Shown: positions 9,811 through 19,063 of the stretch, in pieces
Layout: each line of letters starts with the position of its first letter
How positions within the stretch are numbered: the stretch's first letter is position 1
NCBI GenBank assembly: GCA_902541175.1
Contig: CACBPP010000002.1
Coordinates: 117,589-181,588 of the forward strand
Reading direction: 5' to 3'
Origin: an uncultured SAR86 cluster bacterium
Lineage (GTDB): Bacteria > Pseudomonadota > Gammaproteobacteria > Magnimaribacterales > D2472
Length of the DNA stretch: 64,000 nt
Notes under the pieces: model-generated
What the model was told of the DNA's origin: nothing
The model's database searches: none
Seen by the model: only the letters and a program-made list of their open reading frames with translations
Made by a program: the position numbers and the translations under genes

Positions 9811-11391
9811 TTACTTTGTAGGTTTAATGGTTTCTGGTTTTATCTTTCCATTAAATTTTTCAACGAAATCTTGTATTTCTATATCTTTGCTAATTTGATC
9901 TTTTGCCAAGTTTTCTTCTTGTTCAATTTTACTTTCATTTAATTGGATTGGAGAGTTAATTACATCTCCTTTCTCAATTTTAATATTAATTTTGTTTAAA
10001 AATATACTTTCCACGGTGGTTTTAAATTCCGACATGATATTCTCAGGAACTTCACCTAAATTTAAATCTGCTTTTAAAATCATACCTTCATCATTGTGAG
10101 AAAAAAACGACATATTTCCAAAATAATTTCTTGCAAAGGGACTTAATTGTAGAGAATTAAATAATTTCACCCAATCTTCGTTATTTTTAAGGAACTTTTT
10201 TTCGTTTAATTCTTCGGACTGAGGTCTATTAGTTTTTTTTATTTTTTTATCAACTTTTTTTAGACTTTTTTTTTCTGAATTGCTTGAACTATTGTCTTGG
10301 TTGTTTTCTGAAAGTTTTTGAAGAGGATTAAAAGTAAGCATTCTTAATAAACAAATTTCAAGACATTCTTTGGGGCTTGGATGTACAGAAAATCTAGTAA
10401 AAGAATTCATGCCTATTTCGTATAAAAGTTGACAAAACTCTTTGTCGATTTTCTTTGATATGCTTTTTATATTTTCACTTTCTGTATTATTTAGTACCTG
10501 TTCAAGTGAAACTTGATGAAGTATGCTTATCAAATCACGAAGAATAACATCATATTCTGGTAATAACTGTTCAATTTCAAATAGCTTGTCAAAAACTTTC
10601 TTACCATCTCCATCGACTACACCTTCCAGAAGCTCAAATAAAAGTGAATCATCGATTGTTCCCAACAATTTCTTTACTTCATTGCTATTAAGCTCTCCAT
10701 TACCATGCGCTATTGCTTGATCAAGAATCGTCAAAGCATCTCTTACAGATCCATTTGCAGATTTTGATATTAATTGAGGACTCTCATCATCATGTTTGAT
10801 TTTTTCTTTTTTAAGTATCTTAATTAAGTGGTTGTTCAGCATTTCTTCATTTACTGTTTTAAGGTTTAGCTGTAAACACCTTGATTGAACTGTCTTTGGG
10901 ATTTTTTCTGGATTGGTTGTTGCAAAAATAAATACAACATGTGGTGGTGGTTCTTCTAAGGTCTTTAAAAGAGCGTTGAAACTTGCAGGTGAAAGCATAT
11001 GAACTTCATCGATGAGAAAAATCTTATATCTTCCTTTTGCAGGTTTATATTCAACTGTTTCTATTAAGTCCCTTATTTTCTCAACTTGAGTATTGGATGC
11101 AGCATCAATTTCTAAAAAGTCAACGCTTCTTCCAGCACTTATTTCAATAGTATTAGAACATTTATTACACGGTACCGATGTTGGTTTGGTCTTACTCTCA
11201 CAGTTTAAACATTTTGCTAAAATTCTGGCAATAGTGGTCTTACCAACTCCCCTTGTACCTGAAAATATGAATGCCTGATGAATTTTTTCAGACTCAATAC
11301 TATTTACCAAAGCCCTCACGACGTGCTCTTGACCAATAACTTCTTCAAAGCATGATGGTCTATATTTTCTAGCTAAAACCTCATAAGACAT
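9811..11391 (-). CDS. dnaX: DNA polymerase III subunit tau (and possibly gamma)
   Basis: It carries Walker A GTRGVGKTT, a zinc module CLNC...CNKC, an SRC motif (VQSRCLQ) and a Lys-rich linker followed by the C-terminal tau part. At 526 aa it is short. Confidence 0.93.
   Translation of the reverse strand: MSYEVLARKYRPSCFEEVIGQEHVVRALVNSIESEKIHQAFIFSGTRGVGKTTIARILAKCLNCESKTKPTSVPCNKCSNTIEISAGRSVDFLEIDAASNTQVEKIRDLIETVEYKPAKGRYKIFLIDEVHMLSPASFNALLKTLEEPPPHVVFIFATTNPEKIPKTVQSRCLQLNLKTVNEEMLNNHLIKILKKEKIKHDDESPQLISKSANGSVRDALTILDQAIAHGNGELNSNEVKKLLGTIDDSLLFELLEGVVDGDGKKVFDKLFEIEQLLPEYDVILRDLISILHQVSLEQVLNNTESENIKSISKKIDKEFCQLLYEIGMNSFTRFSVHPSPKECLEICLLRMLTFNPLQKLSENNQDNSSSNSEKKSLKKVDKKIKKTNRPQSEELNEKKFLKNNEDWVKLFNSLQLSPFARNYFGNMSFFSHNDEGMILKADLNLGEVPENIMSEFKTTVESIFLNKINIKIEKGDVINSPIQLNESKIEQEENLAKDQISKDIEIQDFVEKFNGKIKPETIKPTK
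10250..10275 (-). other. candidate dnaX recoding/slippage site: A9 and A7 runs followed by a UGA in the -1 frame
   Basis: The minus-strand sequence is GAA AAA AAA AGT CTA AAA AAA GTT GAT. The -1 frame reads AAA AAA AAG TCT AAA AAA AGT TGA. The site is at about codon 373, just after clamp-loader domains I-III. Confidence 0.3.
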
Positions 11392-11400
11392 AGCATTGAA

Positions 11401-11853
11401 TCATAACATGTCATTACCAAAAACTGATTCGATTTCTTTAAATCTAAAGCCTCTATTTTGTAGAAAACTTTTTTGTTTTAATTTTTCTTTAGTATCAGGA
11501 CTAGGCCCATCTTTGAATTTTTTTAAAAAAGCTAATTTAGCAGCCGATTCCCAATCGCCCTCTTCAATAATTACACTATTTGTTACCGATTCATCAACAC
11601 CTTTTGATGACAATTCAAAAGCGATCTTTTTAGGCCCAAATCCCTTTCTTTTTCTAGCCGATACATAAGCTTCAGCATATCGAGTATTATTTACTAAGTT
11701 ATTATCACTAAGTTTTTCAATGACAGATTCTATTATTTTTTTATTTTCAAAGCGTGCAGATAGCTTTTCTTTAATTTCTTTAAATGAATGTTCTCTTCTC
11801 GATAATAAATCTAGAGATTTGTTATATATGATATTGAATAGATCATCTGACAT
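11401..11853 (-). CDS. recX: RecA regulator RecX
   Basis: It is 150 aa with a three-helical-repeat pattern (LLSRREHSFKEIKEKL, YAEAYVSARKRKGFGPKKIAFEL, FLQNRGF). Confidence 0.8.
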   Translation of the reverse strand: MSDDLFNIIYNKSLDLLSRREHSFKEIKEKLSARFENKKIIESVIEKLSDNNLVNNTRYAEAYVSARKRKGFGPKKIAFELSSKGVDESVTNSVIIEEGDWESAAKLAFLKKFKDGPSPDTKEKLKQKSFLQNRGFRFKEIESVFGNDML

Positions 11854-12308
11854 TATTCAAAAGGAATAACTCTTGATTTTCCATTTCTTTTTATAATTCT
11901 TACTTTTTGACCAGTAATATACGAAAAATTACTAACCTCTTGGATAATGGAAATAAAGCTGCCAGACTCGATCTCTATCAATAATTCAACTCCGTCTTTC
12001 TTTGTTGCTGCTGAACCAATCCCAGATCCAATAGCTGAACCTACCAAGCTTCCTACAACTGCAGCAATATCAGATTCTGGTTCTGAATCTGTTGTATTTT
12101 TGCCAACAACTGCCCCAATAGCTGCTCCAGCAGCAGCACCAACTTCTCTGTCACCTTCAATTGTTACCCTTGAAACATCCCTAATTGTTCCAAAAATCAC
12201 ATACTGTTGTTTTTGAGCATCTGATCTAGAAACAACATCTGGTTGCAATGAATTATTTACACAGGAGGATATAATGAAAGTAAGCACTATTAATAAAAAA
12301 TTTTTCAA
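11853..12308 (-). CDS. outer-membrane lipoprotein with glycine-zipper domain (SlyB/Pcp-like)
   Basis: It has lipobox FIISSC and Gly/Ala zipper stretches (GAAAGAAIGAVVG and VGSLVGSAIGSGIGSA). Confidence 0.7.
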   Translation of the reverse strand: MKNFLLIVLTFIISSCVNNSLQPDVVSRSDAQKQQYVIFGTIRDVSRVTIEGDREVGAAAGAAIGAVVGKNTTDSEPESDIAAVVGSLVGSAIGSGIGSAATKKDGVELLIEIESGSFISIIQEVSNFSYITGQKVRIIKRNGKSRVIPFE

Positions 12309-12709
12309 GATTCTTGGCCTTTAGATAATTTATAGTGTCTAATGAGATCGTCTTTTATAACATAGTATTTTCTATTTTTCTCAAAACCGTCTAAAAGCTT
12401 TACTTCATATATTTTTTCAAAATGTTTGGAGTTTAAAATTTCAATCCTGTCGCCTTTATTTAATCTAACTAAGTTTCTTGAATCTATAAAAGAGAATCTA
12501 TCCCAATCTGAAAATATTCTTGCTTGATAGGTATTATATGCATCACTAGAAAAGTAATACAAAACCTTACTTGTTGAAGGATTCAGTTTATTGCTTATTG
12601 ATTCTAAATACCATGTTTGACCCTGTTCAATAGACGGTAATGATTCTTTTGCATTAAATGTAGCAGTAAAGGAAAATATAATTGTAAGCAAAATAAATTT
12701 GGTTTTCAT
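12305..12709 (-). CDS. hypothetical secreted protein
   Basis: The 134 aa product has a signal peptide (MKTKFILLTIIFSFTATFNA). An ATGA-type overlap with the downstream gene supports translation. I recognised no family motif. Confidence 0.5.
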   Translation of the reverse strand: MKTKFILLTIIFSFTATFNAKESLPSIEQGQTWYLESISNKLNPSTSKVLYYFSSDAYNTYQARIFSDWDRFSFIDSRNLVRLNKGDRIEILNSKHFEKIYEVKLLDGFEKNRKYYVIKDDLIRHYKLSKGQES

Positions 12710-12779
12710 AATAATTTTGACAAATGATTTTTAAAAAAGTTCTTATATAAGGATATTTTAAAATTACAAAAAAATAAAG

Positions 12780-12810
12780 GTTGAAAAACTTAATAGTGGC
12801 TATAAATATA
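12780..12810 (+). promoter_or_regulatory. putative promoter of hsp20 (heat-shock type possible)
   Basis: GTTGAAA at 12780-12786 resembles the sigma-32 -35 element CTTGAAA. After a 13-nt spacer, CTATAAAT is only a weak match to CCCCATNT. A sigma-70 reading (TTGAAA plus TAAATA) is equally possible. Confidence 0.3.
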
Positions 12811-12817
12811 TACTGAT

Positions 12818-12902
12818 GAAGATGCCATAACGGATCTTCGCGTTAACAAGTGTATGCTTTTTCAGATACACATATATAAAGTCGCTTTTAAGGAGGACTA
12901 TT
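12818..12902 (+). promoter_or_regulatory. putative RNA thermometer in the hsp20 5' UTR (three hairpins, the last fourU-like and SD-occluding)
   Basis: Hairpin 1 pairs GAAGAT (12818-12823) with ATCTTC (12834-12839). Hairpin 2 pairs GTGTAT (12850-12855) with ATACAC (12866-12871). Hairpin 3 pairs AGTC(G)CUUU (12880-12888) with GGAGGACT (12892-12899), sequestering the SD AGGAGG 6 nt upstream of the ATG. Confidence 0.45.
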
Positions 12903-13355
12903 ATGATACTTAACTTTACAGACCCATTTTTCACAACACGAGTACTGGGGTTTGAACCTTTGTTTGATAGATTGCAAAGACTTTCTGAGTCTAACGAAAG
13001 ATCATCAAGCTATCCACCATATAACATTAGCAAAGATGGTAATTATTTTGCCATTGAGATTGCTGTAGCTGGATTGTCAAAAGATGATATCCAGATAGAG
13101 CTCGCTGAAGGAGTTCTTTCAGTAAGCTATGATGGGCCATCTACTGAAGTTGTTAATGGTGAAAATAAGGTTGTTTATCAAGGAATTGCTCAAAGAGCAT
13201 TTAAACAGCAATTTACCCTTTCTGAGGATGTTGTTGTTCAAGGCGCAGAACTTATTAATGGTTTATTAACTATTAGTCTTGAGAAAATTATTCCTGATGA
13301 AAAGAAACCTAGGATGATTGAGATCAAATCACCAAAAAGAATCTCAAGTAAATAA
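12903..13355 (+). CDS. ibpA: small heat-shock protein, Hsp20/IbpA family
   Basis: It is 150 aa with an alpha-crystallin domain (YPPYNI, FAIEIAVAGLSKDDIQIEL, GLLTISLEK) and a strong SD. Confidence 0.88.
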   Translation: MILNFTDPFFTTRVLGFEPLFDRLQRLSESNERSSSYPPYNISKDGNYFAIEIAVAGLSKDDIQIELAEGVLSVSYDGPSTEVVNGENKVVYQGIAQRAFKQQFTLSEDVVVQGAELINGLLTISLEKIIPDEKKPRMIEIKSPKRISSK

Positions 13356-13372
13356 CTTTTTTAATGTGAAAT

Positions 13373-13391
13373 GGGGTGCATAATGCACCCC
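13373..13391 (+). terminator. GC-rich stem-loop downstream of hsp20 (possible terminator or attenuator)
   Basis: GGGGTGCA-TAA-TGCACCCC forms a perfect 8-bp stem that stands out in AT-rich sequence. The downstream U-tract is weak (AAAUGUU). Confidence 0.4.
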
Positions 13392-13420
13392 AAATGTTAA
13401 ATAGGATAAAATTATATTTA

Positions 13421-15400
13421 ATGAAATTTCTTAAAATATCCTTTCTGTTATTATTTTGCTTAGCAATAAATGCAGTTACTGTTGATACCGGTCATGCAAA
13501 TGTCTCGTTGGTAAAGTATGAAAATGTAGACGAAGCTCAAAGCCAAACTCTAATTGGTATTAGAATGGATATGCAAGAGAATTGGCATACCTACTGGAAA
13601 AATCCTGGTGATTCAGGAGGCCCAATAAAAGTTAAATGGTCTCATGACGAGAGTGTTTCAATAAGCGAGTTATATTGGCCAACCCCAACTTTAATCCCAT
13701 ATGAACCACTTATGACATATGGTTATAAGAATTTTGTAATTTTTCCCTTTGAAATTAACAATTCCAACAATGTGAATTCACATATTGAGGCAAATATTGA
13801 TTTTTTAATATGTGATGATATTTGTGTCCCAGAAAAAGCATTTATCAAAACAAATCTTAATGAAATTAAAAACGATGCTTCGCTGTTTGATTGGTTTTTA
13901 AAAGTTCCATCTCAGACACTTCCTGTAAAGGCATCACTTAATAGTGAGTTTATTGATATAAGATTTTCTTGGCCTTTTGATGTTAGTTCTGCGATATTTT
14001 TTATCGACAATCAAGATATCGCTGAACATGCTGCTGATCAAAATCTTATTAAAGAAGAAAATAATTACCTGCTTAAGATTAAAAAATTAGATGATGTTAA
14101 ATCTCTTGAATATTTATCTGGAGTATTATCTATTAACGATAACGAGAGTTTTATAATTGATGCTAAAATTGAAAATGCTACTCAAAACTCTCTAAATATT
14201 TCGTTTTTACAAGCTTTAATTTTTGCGTTTGTAGGTGGCTTAATTTTAAATTTAATGCCATGCGTTTTTCCAATAATTTCATTAAAAGTTCTAAGTTTTG
14301 TTTCAATGAGCAACCAATCTCCATCAAAAATAAGAGCTCATGCCTTATCATTTTGCGCTGGAGTGATGATTTCATTTCTGCTTATTGGATCTGCAATGAT
14401 TTTGCTTAAACAAGCTGGTTTATATTTGGGCTGGGGATTTCAATTACAGTCACCGCTTATAGTTGGATTACTCAGTTTGTTAATGTTTGTAATTGGTTTA
14501 GTGCTTCTAAGCGATATGAATATAGGCTCATCATTGACTAGACTTGGTAGCATAGGAACCAACGGAAGTTTACTAGGTTCCTTTTCTACAGGTATTTTGG
14601 CTGTTATTGTTGCCTCACCATGCACAGCACCATTTATGGGCGCAGCACTTGGTTATGCATTAATTCAACCCTCTGGAATTACATTACCAGTATTTTCTGC
14701 ACTAGGTCTTGGTTTTGCATTTCCTTATTTTGTATTATCAGCCTCGCCAAGTTTGATAAATTATCTACCGAAACCAGGTAACTGGATGGTTGCTTTGAAA
14801 GAATTTTTTGCATTTCCCATGTTTGCGACATCAATATGGTTAATATGGGTATTTAGCGTTCAAACATCTTCAAACGAAGTGATTTTTCTTTTAATGACGA
14901 TTCTAATGATCTCTTTGTTAATATGGATTTCTACAAAGCTAAATAAATCTAGTTATAAATTAGTTATTTTTGTTATTGCAGCTTTCGTAATTTTCTTTCA
15001 ATTCAGGGATATTCCTTCAAACGAAATACAACCAACAAATGCGGTAAAACTTGAGAGTTACGATTATGTTCAATGGAATAAAAATATAGAAAATGAATAT
15101 AAAGACAAAAATCAAGCTTATTTAATTAATTTTACTGCTGCGTGGTGTATAACATGCCAAACAAATGACAAAATTGCCTTATCAAGACCAAATGTTAAAG
15201 AATACATTTATAAAAATAATATCCAATACATTGTTGCTGATTGGACTAACAAAAATGATGAAATTCTAAAAACTCTTGAATCCTATAATAGAAATGGTGT
15301 TCCGTTATATATTTTTTGGAAACCAGGTATGAGCGAGTCAAAAATTTTACCTGCAATTTTAACAGAACAGATTTTACTAGAAAGTTTCAACAACTCTTAA
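13421..15400 (+). CDS. dsbD: thiol:disulfide interchange protein DsbD (protein-disulfide reductase)
   Basis: It has an N-terminal periplasmic domain with LICDDICVPE, a TM core with LNLMPCVFP and ASPCTAPF, and a C-terminal thioredoxin domain with WCITCQ. I trimmed the start to MKFLKISF at 13421. Confidence 0.88.
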   Translation: MKFLKISFLLLFCLAINAVTVDTGHANVSLVKYENVDEAQSQTLIGIRMDMQENWHTYWKNPGDSGGPIKVKWSHDESVSISELYWPTPTLIPYEPLMTYGYKNFVIFPFEINNSNNVNSHIEANIDFLICDDICVPEKAFIKTNLNEIKNDASLFDWFLKVPSQTLPVKASLNSEFIDIRFSWPFDVSSAIFFIDNQDIAEHAADQNLIKEENNYLLKIKKLDDVKSLEYLSGVLSINDNESFIIDAKIENATQNSLNISFLQALIFAFVGGLILNLMPCVFPIISLKVLSFVSMSNQSPSKIRAHALSFCAGVMISFLLIGSAMILLKQAGLYLGWGFQLQSPLIVGLLSLLMFVIGLVLLSDMNIGSSLTRLGSIGTNGSLLGSFSTGILAVIVASPCTAPFMGAALGYALIQPSGITLPVFSALGLGFAFPYFVLSASPSLINYLPKPGNWMVALKEFFAFPMFATSIWLIWVFSVQTSSNEVIFLLMTILMISLLIWISTKLNKSSYKLVIFVIAAFVIFFQFRDIPSNEIQPTNAVKLESYDYVQWNKNIENEYKDKNQAYLINFTAAWCITCQTNDKIALSRPNVKEYIYKNNIQYIVADWTNKNDEILKTLESYNRNGVPLYIFWKPGMSESKILPAILTEQILLESFNNS

Positions 15401-15442
15401 ATAATAATATAATTCGAATTTATAAATTTAATAGGGAATAAT

Positions 15443-16144
15443 ATGTTTGGTACACCTTTTCAAATATTTGGCACAGTTCACCTTATAACTATATTTTCAG
15501 TGATTATAGTTTCAGTATTTTTACCAAAGATCTATAAAAATAAATCTGAAAGTGATAAATCACTTATGAGCAAAATAATCGCAGGAATAATAGCTGCACA
15601 TGTCATTATTTCACCATATAAAGATCTTTATCTGTTAGCAAATCCTTATGATTGGAGAGAAACAATTCCACTACATATGTGTGATCTTTCTGAAATATTT
15701 CTAATTTGGTTTTTATTAGGTGGGCCAAGGATACTATATCTGTGTGCATTTTTTTGGGGCCTAGGTGGAGCATCTATGGCAATTCTTACTCCAGACATAA
15801 GTCATCATGATTTAGATTACATATTTTTTATGATTGGTCATGGAATGATTATTGTTGGAATAATGTATGCAACAGTTTCTCTTGGTAATAGACCTTATGC
15901 AAAAGATATATTAAAAGTGTCAGCAATTACTGCTTTTATATTATTGCCAATAGTTTATGTGATTAATTTAATGTTAGGTGATCCTGCAAATTTTTGGTAT
16001 TTGATGGCTAAACCAGATGGAGCTTCTCTAATGGATGTATTTCCAGAACCGCCATTGCATTTGTTAGTTACAACGCCTCTAGCAATTGCAGTTTTTTACT
16101 TAATATATTTACCTTATTTTATAAAAGATAAAGCTGCAAGATAA
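15443..16144 (+). CDS. integral membrane protein (YwaF/TIGR02206-like)
   Basis: It is 233 aa with about 7 TM segments and the motif IPLHMCDLSEIF. The family is assigned from memory of the LPLHxC signature. Confidence 0.5.
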   Translation: MFGTPFQIFGTVHLITIFSVIIVSVFLPKIYKNKSESDKSLMSKIIAGIIAAHVIISPYKDLYLLANPYDWRETIPLHMCDLSEIFLIWFLLGGPRILYLCAFFWGLGGASMAILTPDISHHDLDYIFFMIGHGMIIVGIMYATVSLGNRPYAKDILKVSAITAFILLPIVYVINLMLGDPANFWYLMAKPDGASLMDVFPEPPLHLLVTTPLAIAVFYLIYLPYFIKDKAAR

Positions 16145-16195
16145 CTCATAATTTTGCTTAAATTTATAAAATAAACATAAAATAACAACATTATT

Positions 16196-17281
16196 ATGGA
16201 AAATTTTATAAATCTTATCTCTGAAGTCTGGAATAAAGGATTCTTAGGTATTGATCTAGGATCAATAATTTCTTCTTTGTTGGTTATTTTAATAGCATTT
16301 CTTTTTAGAGGTTTTATTATTTCAATAATTCTTAATTCTCTTGAAAGGCTTGCCAGTAAAACAAAATCAAAGATAGATGACGAAATTCTTAATGCATTAA
16401 GAAGGCCAATTGGATTAGTACCTATCACAATTGCTTTATATATTTGCACTTTAATATTACCTCTTTCGGGTTTAATTGGTGACATAGCAACAAATATAGT
16501 AAAAGCCTTTGTAATTTTTACTATTTTTAGTGCCTTGGCAAATAGTGTAAAACCAATTTTCGCTGCCCTCTCCACAAGCTCATGGCTTACAGCATCAATG
16601 CAAATGTGGCTTGAAAGAGCTTCAAAATTTATTGTTTGGGTAATTGGAGCAGCAATAATATTAGATATATTTGGTATTCAAATTGGTCCACTCGTTGCTG
16701 GTTTGGGATTGTTTTCTGTGGCAGTAGCATTAGGTGCACAAGATTTCTTCAAAAATCTAATCTCAGGAATATTAATAATTGGTGAACATAGATTTCAGCC
16801 GGGTGACAGAATTGAGGTAAGTGGACAGCTCCATGGAATTGTAGAAAGTATTGGCTTTAGATCAACTGTCATTAGAACTTTTGACACTGCACCAATGGTT
16901 ATACCTAATAAAGATTTATCTGACGTTAAAGTAATTAACCATGGTGAAATGATTAATAGAAGAATCAATTGGAAAATTAATCTTATTTACTCAACAAGCG
17001 TTGAACAACTTGAGTCGATAAGAAATGAAATAAAAGATTACATAATTAAAAGTAATGACTTTACTTCAGAGGGCGATTTAGATCCTGTTGTAAGAATTGT
17101 TGAATTGGGTGGTAGCTCTATTGATTTAATGATTGTTGCTTATGCTGATCCAATGGGATTTGCTGCATTTAACGAAGTAAAAGAAAACTTGATATTCAAT
17201 ATAATGAAAATTGTAAAGAGCAACAAATCTGAATTTGCCTACCCTTCAACTTCTCTATATGTTGAATCCATGCCAAAATAA
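16196..17281 (+). CDS. mechanosensitive ion channel, MscS family
   Basis: The pore helix and beta-domain signature is present (LGAQDFFKNLISGILIIGEHRFQPGDRIEV), preceded by several N-terminal TM helices. Confidence 0.85.
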   Translation: MENFINLISEVWNKGFLGIDLGSIISSLLVILIAFLFRGFIISIILNSLERLASKTKSKIDDEILNALRRPIGLVPITIALYICTLILPLSGLIGDIATNIVKAFVIFTIFSALANSVKPIFAALSTSSWLTASMQMWLERASKFIVWVIGAAIILDIFGIQIGPLVAGLGLFSVAVALGAQDFFKNLISGILIIGEHRFQPGDRIEVSGQLHGIVESIGFRSTVIRTFDTAPMVIPNKDLSDVKVINHGEMINRRINWKINLIYSTSVEQLESIRNEIKDYIIKSNDFTSEGDLDPVVRIVELGGSSIDLMIVAYADPMGFAAFNEVKENLIFNIMKIVKSNKSEFAYPSTSLYVESMPK

Positions 17282-17293
17282 AATTGATGAATT

Positions 17294-19060
17294 ATGAACG
17301 ATCAAATCATATTATCCTCAACTTTGATTGCTCTTCTGTGTTTGTTTATATGGGGAAAAATTAGATATGATGCGCTAGCGGTCGGTGCATTATTTGTTTT
17401 AGTAGTTCTCGAAATAATACCTGGTAATGAAGCTTTTGCTGGATTTGCTCATCCTGCTGTTATTACCGTCGCACTTGTTCTTATAATTAGCCAAGGTCTA
17501 AGTAATTCAGGTATAGCAGGTCTTGTAGGTAAGCTTATTGGAGGTAGGGAGTTTACAGAAATCCAATTTATGATTTCTCTGCTATTAATAGCTGCTATTT
17601 TGTCATCATTTATTAATAATATAGGTGCTTTAGCAATTCTCTTGCCCATAACACTTAATATATGTCAAAAGATGGAATGGCATCCCTCTAAGTACCTAAT
17701 GCCCTTAGCCTTTGCTTGCATTTTAGGTGGAATGAATACCGCAATTGGAACTCCACCAAATATAATAATATCTGAATATAAGGCATCTATATCAAGCTCT
17801 GGGTTTAATTTCTTTGATTTTTCGTATGTTGGTCTAGCAGTAACAATAATTTGCATTCTTTTCATTGCTTTTATTGGAAATAGGTTAATTTTTTTAAGAA
17901 AAGAGATGCCTTCAACTGAGCATTTAATTGATCTTAAAGGGTACTTATTTGAGGTGCTCGTAAATGAAAAAAGCTCTTCAATTGGCATGACTTTATATGC
18001 ATTTAAAACACAAGCTGGAGAAGATACAGAAATCCTTGGAATAGTATCCGAAAATGGCTCAATCAAGAAAGTTCAAAATAATATGAGAATTAAAGCAGGG
18101 CAAATATTGGTTATTAAGACTCCTCCCGATGATCTTGCAAATATTCTAGATATTTTTGATTTCTCCATTCCCAAAGAACTTCATTCATTTGACGAAGATG
18201 ATCTTGAAGAAATTGAAGTTATGATCACTCCCGGTTCTAGATTGATTGGAAGAAAGTATGATTTTTTTCAAAAGCTCGCTTTTGAAGAGTTAAATCTTCT
18301 TGGACTATGGAGAAAGGGTTCAAAATATAGAACCAGACTTACAAGAGAACAATTTAGAGCCGGTGATGTATTACTTCTAGGAGTTAGAGATCTCGCTGAA
18401 GAAGATGTCTCTAATAAAATTAAACATTTAGGTTTAATGCCCCTAAGACAAAGAGAACTTCAAACAATACCAAGTAGAAGTAGGCTTATTAAGGGGCTGT
18501 TATTCTTTTTATTATCAATCTTTTTAGTCTCATTCAACTATTTAAGTGCGGCACCAGCATTTTTATTATGTGTTTTAGCTTTTGCAAGAATTAAAATTAT
18601 TGACAGTGATTTTTACAGAAAAATAGATTGGCCAATTATTGTTATGTTAGCAGCAATGATACCAATCGGAACTGCGCTTCAAACAACAGGAGTGAGTAGC
18701 TTGATTGCAACTTCAATATCCACGTATGCATCAAGCCTGAGTTTGTTTTGGATACTCCTCATTATCTTAATTGTTACCATGGTAACAACCGATATTATCA
18801 ATAATGCAGCAACAGCTGTGATTATGGCTCCAATATCAACTGGAATAGCATTAGAATTAGGGTATGCTATCGAGCCTTTTTTAATGGTCGTCGCAGTTGG
18901 GGCAAGTTGTGCATTTTTAACTCCAATCGGGCATCAATGTAATACTGTTGTAATGGGTCCAGGTAATTATAAATTTACTGATTACTGGCGTATGGGTTTA
19001 CCTATGGATATTTTAATAATATTGGCGTCTATACCAATGATATTATTTGTATGGACTTGA
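17294..19060 (+). CDS. SLC13/DASS-type anion permease with two central TrkA-C domains
   Basis: It is 588 aa, with about 5 TM segments on each side of a cytoplasmic insert. The insert holds two RCK-C-like repeats (LFEVLVNEKSSSIGMTL and IEVMITPGSRLIGRKY...GDVLLLG). Confidence 0.75.
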   Translation: MNDQIILSSTLIALLCLFIWGKIRYDALAVGALFVLVVLEIIPGNEAFAGFAHPAVITVALVLIISQGLSNSGIAGLVGKLIGGREFTEIQFMISLLLIAAILSSFINNIGALAILLPITLNICQKMEWHPSKYLMPLAFACILGGMNTAIGTPPNIIISEYKASISSSGFNFFDFSYVGLAVTIICILFIAFIGNRLIFLRKEMPSTEHLIDLKGYLFEVLVNEKSSSIGMTLYAFKTQAGEDTEILGIVSENGSIKKVQNNMRIKAGQILVIKTPPDDLANILDIFDFSIPKELHSFDEDDLEEIEVMITPGSRLIGRKYDFFQKLAFEELNLLGLWRKGSKYRTRLTREQFRAGDVLLLGVRDLAEEDVSNKIKHLGLMPLRQRELQTIPSRSRLIKGLLFFLLSIFLVSFNYLSAAPAFLLCVLAFARIKIIDSDFYRKIDWPIIVMLAAMIPIGTALQTTGVSSLIATSISTYASSLSLFWILLIILIVTMVTTDIINNAATAVIMAPISTGIALELGYAIEPFLMVVAVGASCAFLTPIGHQCNTVVMGPGNYKFTDYWRMGLPMDILIILASIPMILFVWT

Positions 19061-19063
19061 TAA

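Noticed and set aside
16114-16575. This is a 153 aa minus-strand ORF.
   Set aside because: It lies antisense to the well-supported MscS-family gene (16196-17281) and its upstream region. The product is of low complexity and Ile/Lys/Phe-rich, as is typical of shadow ORFs in AT-rich DNA.
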